From an uncultured virus (IMG/VR IMGVR_UViG_3300031857_023291) (Duplodnaviria > Heunggongvirae > Uroviricota > Caudoviricetes): 23,592 bases of DNA. The notes beneath the pieces were generated by a model. The model saw only the letters and a list, made by a program, of their open reading frames with translations. It was not told the DNA's origin and did no database searches. This document shows positions 1 through 9,026 of the stretch, piece by piece (positions within the stretch are counted from its first letter, which is position 1; every line of letters starts with the position of its first letter). The stretch lies in IMG/VR virus record IMGVR_UViG_3300031857_023291; one strand, 5' to 3'. Both the position numbers and the translations under genes were made by a program.

Positions 1-1
1 C

Positions 2-190
2 GATGATATAATCAAATGTATTAAGAAAAGAGGAGTTATTTATTCTACAATTGTTAAAGAGTATCCAGATAATGATCCGAAAGATCCAATCACTCCAGTT
101 GATATAGATGAAGATGGTTTAATCACAGTTGATATAGACGGTAGAGAATACTATGTTGATTTAGATGATGTTGAGAAAATCGAATACTAA
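2..190 (+). CDS. 3' end of hypothetical protein (partial, runs in from window start)
   Basis: Open frame 2 from base 2 (DDIIKCIKKRGVIYSTIVKEYPDNDPKDPITPVDIDEDGLITVDIDGREYYVDLDDVEKIEY) ending TAA 188-190, overlapping the stop of the convergent minus-strand gene; not in the ORF track. Confidence 0.7.
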   Translation, partial: DDIIKCIKKRGVIYSTIVKEYPDNDPKDPITPVDIDEDGLITVDIDGREYYVDLDDVEKIEY

Positions 191-660
191 TCTAAAAGTT
201 TTTTTAATTTCAAATCTCGAAGAATAGATTTTGTTTTTTCATTTATAATTAATGGTATGTCATTTTCACTTCTGTAATTCATCCCAGTGAGGTCATAAAC
301 TAAGTTGTTGTAATTATCGATAATATTTCGCATTATCGATATATGTGGCTCATTATTTCTCCAAAGATTTTTTTTTGGAAATGGTATCCACATATCTATG
401 TTTTTATTATTACAATATTCAATCAAATCTGTTATTTTGTGTGTGTCTTGCATATACACATCAGTGTGAAAAAGTATTAAATTTTTTCCATCTAATTTGT
501 CAAATATTATTTTATCTGGATGATTGCATCCGAACTTAGTCCATAAATATGTTTCTGCCAATTTATGTCGATATAATATCATACATTTTGGTAAATTATA
601 AAAAATATGGAATGTAGCTCTCGCTGCTACATTCCATGCAAGTTTATAATCAATACTCAT
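187..660 (-). CDS. Hypothetical protein with C-terminal RxxKLxxLL tag
   Basis: ORF track 187..699; ATG at 660 (MSIDYKLAW) is more plausible because the longer start lies within a terminator hairpin. Ends ILRDLKLKKLLD. Confidence 0.75.
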   Translation of the reverse strand: MSIDYKLAWNVAARATFHIFYNLPKCMILYRHKLAETYLWTKFGCNHPDKIIFDKLDGKNLILFHTDVYMQDTHKITDLIEYCNNKNIDMWIPFPKKNLWRNNEPHISIMRNIIDNYNNLVYDLTGMNYRSENDIPLIINEKTKSILRDLKLKKLLD

Positions 661-688
661 ATCAAATTCTAGTACATAAATCATAATC

Positions 689-714
689 AAAAAAGTCAAC
701 TTTGAAGTTGACTT
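689..714 (-). terminator. Intrinsic terminator after vWA gene
   Basis: Inverted repeat AAGTCAACTT (693-702) / AAGTTGACTT (705-714), followed by a T-run on the minus strand (A-run 689-694). Confidence 0.65.
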
Positions 715-718
715 ATTT

Positions 719-2182
719 TTATTTGTCGGTATTTTCTACCATAATTTGTTTTACTTTGTTGTTAGTTCTAGATATTGGAACTTTAACACCAATTGAAATC
801 ATTAATACTCTACCTCTAATTTTAGAAAGATCTAAGGAGTCACAATAACCATCTGTCAAAACTACGGTGTTATATTCATTAAACTTCTCAGAAACTAAAT
901 CAATAGCAGGTTGAAGAATGGTACCACCAAGACCTTTGATAACAAGTGTTTCAAGTTTTTTCTTAGATTTAATGTTCTGAATCCATTTCACTTCTGTGTC
1001 AGCCTCAATAAGATTTACTTCAATATCATTTCTGTAGATGTAGGAAAGCACTCTCTCAAAAGTTCCACCCATTGAACCAGATGTATCTAATATACAATTG
1101 ATTTTTGTTTTGACTTTTCGACTACCTTTTAGTCCAGAAATTTGTTTTCTGTTTGGTTTTACTATTGTTTTTTCCTTCACCGTTCCAAAAATCATATTAG
1201 ATACCGCTCTTTTGATTTCACGTAAATAATCTTTGCGTTTCTTACGTAGTTTGTTAAGAGTTTGTTCGACATTACCGGCTGATAATCCACGAGCGGCTAA
1301 TCTTTCCATTACGTCTTTTACCATGCCTTCTCTCATTTCTTCAGGAACATCATCGTTGATGTGCTTATCAAGATACTCACCATTTCCATTTTCCATGTCT
1401 TGAAAAATTTGTTCTTTAGACCAAGTATCAAGTGACTCACCATCTTTAGATGGATTTTTACCATAAGGACCATAAGATGGTTTACCACTAGAGTCTTTAC
1501 CACCCTCATTACCCGTTCCTTGGCAATCTGAACAAGACTCTCCTTCACCAGGATTTTGGCTCTGATCTTGTCCTGGTTGTTGACCTTCACCTTTATCATC
1601 TTGTTTCTCACCTTTACCGTCACCTGGTTGTTGACCATCTTGTTTTTTACCAGAACCACCACAAGATTGACATTGAGAGTTTTGTTTTTGCTCTTTTTGC
1701 CATTTATCTTTTTCTTCTTTTAACCACTCATATAGTTCTTCGAAAATAAGTTTTCCGGTGTATTCTTTTGGAACAAAGAGTGCCATATTTTTACCATCTG
1801 GTGATTTTGGAATTTCAACAAAAGCGTGTGGAATATCCTCCCAGATAACGTGATTAATGATCATGTCTTGAGCAATGTTAGACAATTTATGATCATATTG
1901 ACCTGTAATTGTTCTACGTGGATGGTTAAAAAGAAGGTGAAAGTCCTCGTGAAGAGTAATAAAATTTACTTCTTTCTGAGACATATTTTCTAAAAACTTT
2001 GGTGAATAGTAGAAGTTCATTCCTTTAGATGTAACATTAACCGCACAAGTTCCTATAGAATCTTGTTCGTGAAAATTAACGTGTAGGTTGAACTCACCAT
2101 AGTAAGGTAAATTAACTTTAGTATCAATTAACATGGTTTGAATACCATTAAGTAATTTTTCGTGTATGTTCTTAATTATCAT
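719..2182 (-). CDS. Putative metallopeptidase (HExxH) plus vWA domain protein (DUF2201-like), with CxxCxGxG zinc-finger-like insert
   Basis: HEDFH motif followed by NIAQDMIIN; C-terminal MIDAS DTSGS, GGT and TDG; central CQSCGGSG and CSDCQGTG flank a G/Q/D-rich linker. Confidence 0.85.
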   Translation of the reverse strand: MIIKNIHEKLLNGIQTMLIDTKVNLPYYGEFNLHVNFHEQDSIGTCAVNVTSKGMNFYYSPKFLENMSQKEVNFITLHEDFHLLFNHPRRTITGQYDHKLSNIAQDMIINHVIWEDIPHAFVEIPKSPDGKNMALFVPKEYTGKLIFEELYEWLKEEKDKWQKEQKQNSQCQSCGGSGKKQDGQQPGDGKGEKQDDKGEGQQPGQDQSQNPGEGESCSDCQGTGNEGGKDSSGKPSYGPYGKNPSKDGESLDTWSKEQIFQDMENGNGEYLDKHINDDVPEEMREGMVKDVMERLAARGLSAGNVEQTLNKLRKKRKDYLREIKRAVSNMIFGTVKEKTIVKPNRKQISGLKGSRKVKTKINCILDTSGSMGGTFERVLSYIYRNDIEVNLIEADTEVKWIQNIKSKKKLETLVIKGLGGTILQPAIDLVSEKFNEYNTVVLTDGYCDSLDLSKIRGRVLMISIGVKVPISRTNNKVKQIMVENTDK

Positions 2183-2199
2183 ATTTTTTAATATTTATA

Positions 2200-2207
2200 C
2201 AAATATA
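2200..2207 (-). promoter_or_regulatory. Bacteroidetes-type -7 promoter element TATATTTG
   Basis: TAnnTTTG match in the intergenic gap, 17 nt upstream of the ATG at 2182. Confidence 0.6.
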
Positions 2208-2231
2208 ATATTTATAAATCAATAAACCTAA

Positions 2232-2699
2232 TTATTTTTTTGATTTAGGTTTAATATCAAAGTTTTTAATTTTTTCTAATGTGCTGTCTAACGAGTGATT
2301 TATTTTAGAAAGAACTTCTTTCTTAAATGCATTTCTTCTAATTGACATTTCACGAATAAATTTATCAAGTAAATAACTTTCTAAGTCAGCTCTAATATGA
2401 ACATCGTATCCGAATACCGAATTAATTACTTTAACATTCAATGACTCAAGAAAAACAAAAAGTGTTCTATCCCCAGAGCTTATGTAACATTCTTGAGTTT
2501 GTATATCGTAATATAGTTTACTATCCTTATTGTGTAAGATAGTAAGAAATATTTCACAAACCGTATCTTCAGCCTCAGTCAGTCTTTTTGGCTTTGTTAG
2601 TTTTTTTTCTTTACCTAAAGTTTTGAATAATCTTAGGTAATAAACCTTAATCAATCTTCTGAACCTTGTCAACTTTTTATTAAATTCTTCTTTTGTCAT
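2232..2699 (-). CDS. Hypothetical protein (basic)
   Basis: 155-aa ORF with ATG start, tightly packed in the minus-strand gene array. Confidence 0.75.
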   Translation of the reverse strand: MTKEEFNKKLTRFRRLIKVYYLRLFKTLGKEKKLTKPKRLTEAEDTVCEIFLTILHNKDSKLYYDIQTQECYISSGDRTLFVFLESLNVKVINSVFGYDVHIRADLESYLLDKFIREMSIRRNAFKKEVLSKINHSLDSTLEKIKNFDIKPKSKK

Positions 2700-2706
2700 A
2701 TTATAT

Positions 2707-3093
2707 TTATTTTAAAATTTTATTAAGTTTATTTTCTCTTAGAATAGATTTGACTTGTTTTATTATATTTTCATCATCAGATGGATCACAATCTTGATTT
2801 ATTTTTATATTATCACTAAAAATTAATTTAGCGGTATAAAGACACGCACAAACAACATCATCATAAATTTTTAATTGTGTTTTACAAAAGTTAAGACCAT
2901 TTTTATTTAAAGAAAAGTTAAATGTTTCATGACCATCTTCATCAACACCATTAAATCTAACCTGTGTCTCATTCACGGTCACATCTTCTAAAGAAATTTT
3001 CATACTATCTATAAGAGTCTGGCAGATAGAAGAGAAGTCTTTAAACTTATCACTATCTAATGATTCAAATTCCCAATATCTTGTAAAACCCAT
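2707..3093 (-). CDS. Hypothetical phage protein (MGxTxYW...FCKT...YD type) with C-terminal tag
   Basis: 128-aa ORF; MGFTRYW, GHETF and FCKT..K.YD motifs; ends ILRENKLNKILK. Confidence 0.8.
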   Translation of the reverse strand: MGFTRYWEFESLDSDKFKDFSSICQTLIDSMKISLEDVTVNETQVRFNGVDEDGHETFNFSLNKNGLNFCKTQLKIYDDVVCACLYTAKLIFSDNIKINQDCDPSDDENIIKQVKSILRENKLNKILK

Positions 3094-3097
3094 TTAC

Positions 3098-4408
3098 TTA
3101 ATTACTTGATCCAAATACACCTTTACCGATATCTACAAATCCTTCATCATTTCCTAAATCCATTTCAGTTGATTTATCTTCTTCTTTACTTTCATAAGAA
3201 TTTGAGTTACACAATTTATCAAACTCTTCATCTTGTGCAAATCCAGATTTAATCATTTTAGAGACAAGTTGATGCCAGTTTAATTTACCACGGTATCGAA
3301 ACTCACTGTCAGTGAGTGACATCTTACCATCGATATCTAAAGTCATAATCTTATTATAGATTTCTTTGTCTAATTCAAAGTCTTGATTTGAAATATCATC
3401 AACCTTAGCAATTTTGATTTTGTAGTAACCCTCTGTTAGCATCTTAACAATCACATCACCTTTTAATTTCATAATATCTGAAATCTTAAGAGCGATTTTT
3501 GTTTCTTCTTCACTTAATGACTCCATATCTTTTTGTTCTTCAGACACAAAGAATACATAACCATTAGGTTCATCACCCGATTTCATGCTTTCTAATCTGG
3601 TTTCTAAAACGCCAAGTGCTTCAGACTTTTCTTCTGATTTTGATTCAGCTTGTTTTGCTTCATTTTTGTATCGAATGATTTCTTTTTTTGTTTCTTCAAT
3701 TCGATACTCTAATTCTATAATCTTAGCCTCATTCATCTTACGGAATTGCTCTTCCATATAAGACTCTGCTGCTGTTTTTAATTTCTCATTTGGTGTAGAT
3801 GGATTTTCTACTTCTTCAACGATAGTTTTAACATCTTCTTCTGAAAGGTCGTCTAACACACCATTCATAACTTCTGAAAGTGCGTTATCTTCATCCCACT
3901 CTTCTTCAACTTCATCATCATCAGATGAACCGAATAAATCATCAAGTAAACTCAAACTTTTTTTAGAAACTTCAACTTTATCTTCTTCTTCAAAAAGTGA
4001 CTTTAATTTATTAATTGGTTTGTCGTGTTCAACTTCTAAATAGCAACGGTCACCATTAATATCATTAAACTCTAAACCAGCTACTACAAATTTTTGCGCA
4101 TAACCAGTTACATCTTTATCATCAATATCCGCAATAAGACGTTTAATCATAGATTCATCTGTTAAGTTAGAACCTTTTTGTTCTTCAAAATTAATCGTTC
4201 CTTCATCACAGATTGTTACTTTAAGAATGACACCTTCTAAGACACCTGATAGTTTTTCACCTTTAATAAAGGCAACGTCTCTGATAAAACGAATGCGAGC
4301 ACCATTTACTGCAGAAACAAAGTTTAAGAATTTTCTTTTTGGTTTGAAGTTGCCGATTATTGGTTCAGTTCTTACCTCTACATTTTCGTTTTGAATATCT
4401 TCTTGCAT
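3098..4408 (-). CDS. Acidic hypothetical protein with central coiled coil
   Basis: 436-aa ORF with a D/E-rich stretch and a heptad-like region (KIIELEYRIEETKKEIIRYKNEAKQAE). Confidence 0.85.
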   Translation of the reverse strand: MQEDIQNENVEVRTEPIIGNFKPKRKFLNFVSAVNGARIRFIRDVAFIKGEKLSGVLEGVILKVTICDEGTINFEEQKGSNLTDESMIKRLIADIDDKDVTGYAQKFVVAGLEFNDINGDRCYLEVEHDKPINKLKSLFEEEDKVEVSKKSLSLLDDLFGSSDDDEVEEEWDEDNALSEVMNGVLDDLSEEDVKTIVEEVENPSTPNEKLKTAAESYMEEQFRKMNEAKIIELEYRIEETKKEIIRYKNEAKQAESKSEEKSEALGVLETRLESMKSGDEPNGYVFFVSEEQKDMESLSEEETKIALKISDIMKLKGDVIVKMLTEGYYKIKIAKVDDISNQDFELDKEIYNKIMTLDIDGKMSLTDSEFRYRGKLNWHQLVSKMIKSGFAQDEEFDKLCNSNSYESKEEDKSTEMDLGNDEGFVDIGKGVFGSSN

Positions 4409-4421
4409 AATTATTTTTTTA

Positions 4422-4429
4422 CAAATTTA
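4422..4429 (-). promoter_or_regulatory. Bacteroidetes-type -7 element TAAATTTG
   Basis: TAnnTTTG match 13 nt upstream of the ATG at 4408. Confidence 0.55.
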
Positions 4430-4435
4430 GGAAAA

Positions 4436-4834
4436 TTATATTAAATTATTATCATTAATAATATTAATTTTTGCATCTCTTACTTCTTCTTTAGTCAAAG
4501 GGTCAGGTAGTTTTTTACCATAAACATCAACTATATTATCAGTTTCAATGTATTTATCACCAGATTCTTCAATCAGTATCTGAAGAATTGGATTTAGAGT
4601 TTCTTTATCATCTTGAATTTCAAATATCTCCATTACTTCTTCTCTGAAAGGTTGAAAGTTATAAACAACTGTTGGTTGTTCATCATCATGCTTATCTAAA
4701 CAGACAGTTAATAATAGATATAACTCTTTCTTAGAAAGTAATTTCATATCTTCAACTACATTAACGACATTGAAATTTTTAAAAATATCAACAAACTCCT
4801 TAGATACTTTTAGTTGTTTTGTTTCTTCGCTCAT
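4436..4834 (-). CDS. Hypothetical protein with C-terminal tag
   Basis: 132-aa ORF ending LTKEEVRDAKINIINDNNLI. Confidence 0.8.
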   Translation of the reverse strand: MSEETKQLKVSKEFVDIFKNFNVVNVVEDMKLLSKKELYLLLTVCLDKHDDEQPTVVYNFQPFREEVMEIFEIQDDKETLNPILQILIEESGDKYIETDNIVDVYGKKLPDPLTKEEVRDAKINIINDNNLI

Positions 4835-4836
4835 AT

Positions 4837-5130
4837 TTATTTTAGTATTTCGTTTATTTTACCTTCTCTTAATTTATCAATGTTCATTTCAAAGATAGCG
4901 TTCATGTGTGCTTTTGAAATTTCTTCTTTTTCACCTTTTTCATTTATGACCCAGTATCTACGCCAACCACCATTTAATTTATAAAGTTGATCAGACCAAG
5001 TCTCATATTCACCATCATACCACTTTCCCTCAATAAATCTATCCTCCCATTGAATATTAGACAAAGATAATCCTTTAGGTGAGCTTTGGTGACTACTTCT
5101 CTTACAAAGAAATTTAGTTTTAACTATCAT
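4837..5130 (-). CDS. Small hypothetical protein (CK...GKxY family) with C-terminal tag
   Basis: 97-aa ORF; start overlaps the upstream stop (TAATG); ends KLREGKINEILK. Confidence 0.8.
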   Translation of the reverse strand: MIVKTKFLCKRSSHQSSPKGLSLSNIQWEDRFIEGKWYDGEYETWSDQLYKLNGGWRRYWVINEKGEKEEISKAHMNAIFEMNIDKLREGKINEILK

Positions 5131-5642
5131 TAGATTCCTAATTTTTCTAATTTATACTCACGGTATTCCAATTTAGAAACAGACCCCAATTCATAAGCTC
5201 TATGAAAGAAAACCTCAAAGATTTCTTCATAACCCATTTCTTTAGCGCTCATAGCTCGATTTATTGCCTTCCATTCATCGGTGATTCGATTTGCTTGTGT
5301 TTTTGCGAGTATTATTGCTTTATCTACATCACCGCCAGATTTAGTCCAAATATCACTAACTCTAACTTTATTCTTTTCAAACTCAGCTTTGGTTTGACCG
5401 TTGTATTTTCCTTCTTTTAGACCTCTCATATAATTTTCTGTTAATTTATGAAGACAATTATAAAATCCATATTTTAATCTTTGACCATTCCACTCAAAGG
5501 TTGCTGTAAGATTTTGCTCGTAGATTTCTCCAGTATCTCTATTCTTTTTTCTTGTAATTTTTCCTTTATACCAGAACCAATAACAATTCGTTCTTTCTAC
5601 TTCGAGATAATCTCGAAATTGTAAATTAGTCCATTTATCCAT
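5130..5642 (-). CDS. Hypothetical protein with C-terminal tag
   Basis: ORF track 5130..5666; ATG at 5642 (MDKWTNLQF) follows the stop of a small upstream gene; ends YREYKLEKLGI. Confidence 0.8.
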   Translation of the reverse strand: MDKWTNLQFRDYLEVERTNCYWFWYKGKITRKKNRDTGEIYEQNLTATFEWNGQRLKYGFYNCLHKLTENYMRGLKEGKYNGQTKAEFEKNKVRVSDIWTKSGGDVDKAIILAKTQANRITDEWKAINRAMSAKEMGYEEIFEVFFHRAYELGSVSKLEYREYKLEKLGI

Positions 5643-5643
5643 A

Positions 5644-5769
5644 TTAAATTGTACAAAGTAAAGCAAAAACTAACCAACCCCAACCATTAACTCCTGCGAA
5701 AGCAAGAATAGTAATACCAGCAATTAAACCTAATTGTAATAATGTTTTATTTGTTATCTTTTCATTCAT
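5644..5769 (-). CDS. 41-aa small membrane protein
   Basis: Translated by hand: MNEKITNKTLLQLGLIAGITILAFAGVNGWGWLVFALLCTI. It fills the gap between genes, sits directly behind a promoter and is not in the ORF track. Confidence 0.75.
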   Translation of the reverse strand: MNEKITNKTLLQLGLIAGITILAFAGVNGWGWLVFALLCTI

Positions 5770-5773
5770 CCTA

Positions 5774-5804
5774 CAAATATAAGAATAAATTTAAAATAAA
5801 CAAA
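5774..5804 (-). promoter_or_regulatory. Complete Bacteroidetes sigma-A type promoter TTTG-N19-TATATTTG
   Basis: Minus strand TTTG at 5804-5801, 19-nt spacer, TATATTTG at 5781-5774, ATG 4 nt downstream. Confidence 0.75.
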
Positions 5805-5807
5805 AGA

Positions 5808-6563
5808 TTAATTCAAAATATCATCAATGCGATTATTGCGAGACCATGTTATATCAGATTCTCTTACAATTTCTGACTGACTATATTGTATTATTTGACC
5901 TTTAGTGATCATCTTACAAATCTCATAATTCAGTGAAAAGTCTTTTCCATTTTTTTGAGGAATAAAATCCAAAATAAGATAATCCTCTGATTGATCACCA
6001 ACTTTTGTAACAATATCACCAATTGAGAATCTAGTTAAAGTGTGTTCACCTCCATCTTCATCATATCCCCAGATTTTAGAAAATATTTCAATTGTATCTT
6101 CCAAAAACATAACATAAGCCATTATTGATGATAAGTGACCTTCAAATTCATAAGTTAATTTAGTGTACTCTTTTTCTTTTACTTTGTGGTCAATTTGTTT
6201 CTTTGATTTAATAATAGAGTCTGATACTTCAATATCACCTATTTTCTCTCGATTACTATTATCAACAAAAAGTGTTTTTGTCTCTATTTTATTTGTGAAC
6301 CATTTATTAAAAATATGAAAGAAATTATCTACTCTATTTTTAGCAACCGAAAAAGAAAATTGAAATTTCATATGTGGATCCAATGTCACTACCTCTGATT
6401 CTGGATCAGAACCAAAAGAGCCAAGTCCATATTTAAGCCTTTGCTTAAAAACAATAGCAGGAAAGGAATTATGTGTGCTATATTTTGGAAAAACATGATA
6501 AGGTGTATTTTCCAGTCTATCATTCCAATTTAAAATTTCACTATCTGATAAGTATTTTTTCAT
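5808..6563 (-). CDS. Hypothetical protein with C-terminal SH3-like segment and C-terminal tag
   Basis: 251-aa ORF; FSIGDIV motif near the C-terminus; ends SRNNRIDDILN. Confidence 0.8.
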   Translation of the reverse strand: MKKYLSDSEILNWNDRLENTPYHVFPKYSTHNSFPAIVFKQRLKYGLGSFGSDPESEVVTLDPHMKFQFSFSVAKNRVDNFFHIFNKWFTNKIETKTLFVDNSNREKIGDIEVSDSIIKSKKQIDHKVKEKEYTKLTYEFEGHLSSIMAYVMFLEDTIEIFSKIWGYDEDGGEHTLTRFSIGDIVTKVGDQSEDYLILDFIPQKNGKDFSLNYEICKMITKGQIIQYSQSEIVRESDITWSRNNRIDDILN

Positions 6564-6567
6564 ATTT

Positions 6568-7059
6568 TTATTTTTTTATCCAAATTACCGCAATGTACTT
6601 TGTACCAAACTCAACTGGTAAACCAGCGTGTATACTATCTTTATTTACTTTACCATCACTATCTAAATTTTCCCAAATGATAAGTTTGCCAGTTTCTGGT
6701 TTTATTTTATTATTAACCTTCGGAAAAAAAGTTTCACCACCTACAAAACTATTATTTAAGTATATCAGTGCGGTCTTTGATCTTGAAGCCCCATCATGAT
6801 GTTCTTTGTACTCACCATTTGGCTCATATTTAACAAAATGAAAATCTTCTTGATTTTTTTGAGGTAGATTTGCAAGTTCTGATACTTCTAATTTTATCCT
6901 ATCTACAAGTGGGTGGTCATTGAACCACCTAACTTTAGCCTTTCTATAACCAAGTCGATTTCCTGTGGTAGTGCCGGCTCTGAGTTGACCAGATTCACCT
7001 AAACTTATTAGTGTTTCGCACTCTTGTTGTGTAAGAAAATTTTTATATTCAGTTATCAT
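6568..7059 (-). CDS. 2OG-Fe(II) oxygenase, prolyl 4-hydroxylase-like
   Basis: N-terminal NFLT..EC; KY..GEYKEHHD (HxD); LIYLN...GGET.FP; distal H in SIHAGLPV; GTKY. Confidence 0.9.
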   Translation of the reverse strand: MITEYKNFLTQQECETLISLGESGQLRAGTTTGNRLGYRKAKVRWFNDHPLVDRIKLEVSELANLPQKNQEDFHFVKYEPNGEYKEHHDGASRSKTALIYLNNSFVGGETFFPKVNNKIKPETGKLIIWENLDSDGKVNKDSIHAGLPVEFGTKYIAVIWIKK

Positions 7060-7291
7060 CTAATATCTCGTTAATTTTTGAATTTCTCATTTCATCGATG
7101 GTTGTAAAATATTTATCAAAAATATTCATAGTTAAAGGTATTTTTTCACCACTTTCAGATTGTGACCATAATATAAGGCCGCTTTTATACTCAAACTCAG
7201 ATGGAGGTGTCGTCTGGTATATTTTTCCTTTAGCACATATAACCCTTTTTTCATCTGGATCGAACATCGTTCTTTTGCAGTAAATGAACAC
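7049..7291 (-). CDS. Small hypothetical protein (CK...GKxY family) with C-terminal tag
   Basis: 80-aa ORF with GTG start; ends EMRNSKINEILDDN. Confidence 0.7.
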   Translation of the reverse strand: MFIYCKRTMFDPDEKRVICAKGKIYQTTPPSEFEYKSGLILWSQSESGEKIPLTMNIFDKYFTTIDEMRNSKINEILDDN

Positions 7292-7296
7292 TCATA

Positions 7297-7599
7297 TTAT
7301 TTAGTTTTTGTATCAAAATCAACATTAACATTTGTGATTTGATTAAGTTTTATTTCTCTCATTAATTGAATAAAATATCTTTCTAAATCCGCCACAGAAT
7401 TAAATTCAACGCCTATATAACTACTCTTACTATCAAAACACAAAAAGTTGCCAGAAGAATAGATATGTTGATATTGGGTTACTCCTGGGATGATAATAAT
7501 ACTATCTATATCATTACCATTGTAACCGGGATCAACCTCATCTTTAGTATACCATTTGATACTAACAACTTTTGGTGTTTCTTTAGTTATTCTCAACAT
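7297..7599 (-). CDS. Hypothetical protein with C-terminal-proximal tag
   Basis: ORF track 7297..7623; ATG at 7599 (MLRITKE) is more likely; contains LMREIKLNQIT near the end. Confidence 0.7.
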   Translation of the reverse strand: MLRITKETPKVVSIKWYTKDEVDPGYNGNDIDSIIIIPGVTQYQHIYSSGNFLCFDSKSSYIGVEFNSVADLERYFIQLMREIKLNQITNVNVDFDTKTK

Positions 7600-8401
7600 A
7601 ATCTTTAATTCTTTTGTTAGCAACCTCTATGTATTCTATTTGTTTCTCAAATCCAATAAAATTTCTACCAAGTTTTTTTGAAGAAACGGCTGTTGTTCCA
7701 GTTCCCATAAAAGGATCTAAAACCAAATCACCTTCATCAGTTGAGCCTTTTATAAAATAATCAACTAACTCAACTGGATAAACAGCAACGTGATTATCTG
7801 CTATTCTTTTAGCCTCAGATGATATATTAATTAGTGTTGTAGGAAGTGCGCCTTTTGGATTTGGTTCCCAATTCTTATATTGTTTATTAGTTTGATTTTG
7901 TTCGTCTCTAGCAAATCTCTTAATGAGAGGATTTTTCATTCTTTGAATAGACTTCTCAGCATATGGCGTTCTCATTTCATCGATATTAAATTTGAATCCT
8001 TTTTCTTTTGCGAACCAAAAAAGATATTCAACTCTATCACCAAATCTACTTTTATTGGGAAGACTTTTTAATTTATTCCAAAAAAGCCTTTCAAATAGTT
8101 TTAAATCTGTTCTTTTATGAATTTCAGAAATCAGTTCAAAAACATAGGGATGTCTAAACCCGCCTTCTACTTTGTCATTGATATTTAAAATAAAAGAACC
8201 TGTCGGTTTAATAACACGACAGATTTCATTACAATAAGGTAAAAACCATTCAACATAATTATCAGCTAGTATTCCTGGATTATCGATATAAACTTTCAAG
8301 TCAGCATAGGGTGGTGAAGTAATAACTAAATCAACTGAGTTATCATCTAATTCTTTCAAAAGTGATAAGGATTCTCCGTGAAATATTTTATTTAATTCCA
8401 T
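7583..8401 (-). CDS. Site-specific DNA methyltransferase, beta class (N4-cytosine/N6-adenine)
   Basis: Catalytic motif IV VDLVITSPPY near the N-terminus; H.A.YP..L; SAM-binding VLDPFMGTGTT near the C-terminus. Confidence 0.92.
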   Translation of the reverse strand: MELNKIFHGESLSLLKELDDNSVDLVITSPPYADLKVYIDNPGILADNYVEWFLPYCNEICRVIKPTGSFILNINDKVEGGFRHPYVFELISEIHKRTDLKLFERLFWNKLKSLPNKSRFGDRVEYLFWFAKEKGFKFNIDEMRTPYAEKSIQRMKNPLIKRFARDEQNQTNKQYKNWEPNPKGALPTTLINISSEAKRIADNHVAVYPVELVDYFIKGSTDEGDLVLDPFMGTGTTAVSSKKLGRNFIGFEKQIEYIEVANKRIKDYVENN

Positions 8402-8404
8402 TGA

Positions 8405-8980
8405 TTACATTTCTTTACTTTTCTTATCAAGAAATTCTTTTTCTTCTATAGTCAAAGAATTCATTCCATTGTTAGCTATTTTGTCAAGTATATCATCAAT
8501 ATCAAGAGATACATTGTAATCACTTTTGACTAAGTCTTTAATCATTTCGAAAGAAACTACTGATTTATCAACATCTGGAATAGAATTTTTCACACTTTGA
8601 TTATTATGGTACTCAAATTCAACAAGCATTTTGACTTTTGTGATTTCACTTACAATATCTTTGATAATTTGAGGCAAAAAATCTTTAATTCTATTAGATA
8701 GTACAAATTGTCCTACTTTAAGAGTTAATTCGACTCTTACTTTCGACAATTCAAATTCGACTCTTTGATTGTATTCCATTTTAGAACACTTTTCAAATAA
8801 TTCTGTATAGTATTTTTCTTTATCTTCTACTTTCGGATGAAAAAACCCATAAGAGTATAAAAATTCAACTTTATCAACATTTATATCCTTACCCGTTAGT
8901 TTCTCAGCTATTTCTATCCATTCTGTAACTTGTGGATAATCGTGAAAAACTTCTTCTTTTGTAGCTAAAATTGTAAACAT
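8405..8980 (-). CDS. Hypothetical protein with C-terminal DUF6576-like module
   Basis: 191-aa ORF ending DIDDILDKIANNGMNSLTIEEKEFLDKKSKEM. Confidence 0.8.
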   Translation of the reverse strand: MFTILATKEEVFHDYPQVTEWIEIAEKLTGKDINVDKVEFLYSYGFFHPKVEDKEKYYTELFEKCSKMEYNQRVEFELSKVRVELTLKVGQFVLSNRIKDFLPQIIKDIVSEITKVKMLVEFEYHNNQSVKNSIPDVDKSVVSFEMIKDLVKSDYNVSLDIDDILDKIANNGMNSLTIEEKEFLDKKSKEM

Positions 8981-9026
8981 AATTTATTGGTTTTATTTAT
9001 TTTTATATAAAATTTTTTTACTTAGT

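Noticed and set aside
7583..8980. Restriction-modification system around the methyltransferase
   Set aside because: No recognisable endonuclease motif in the neighbours; orphan methyltransferases are common in phages.
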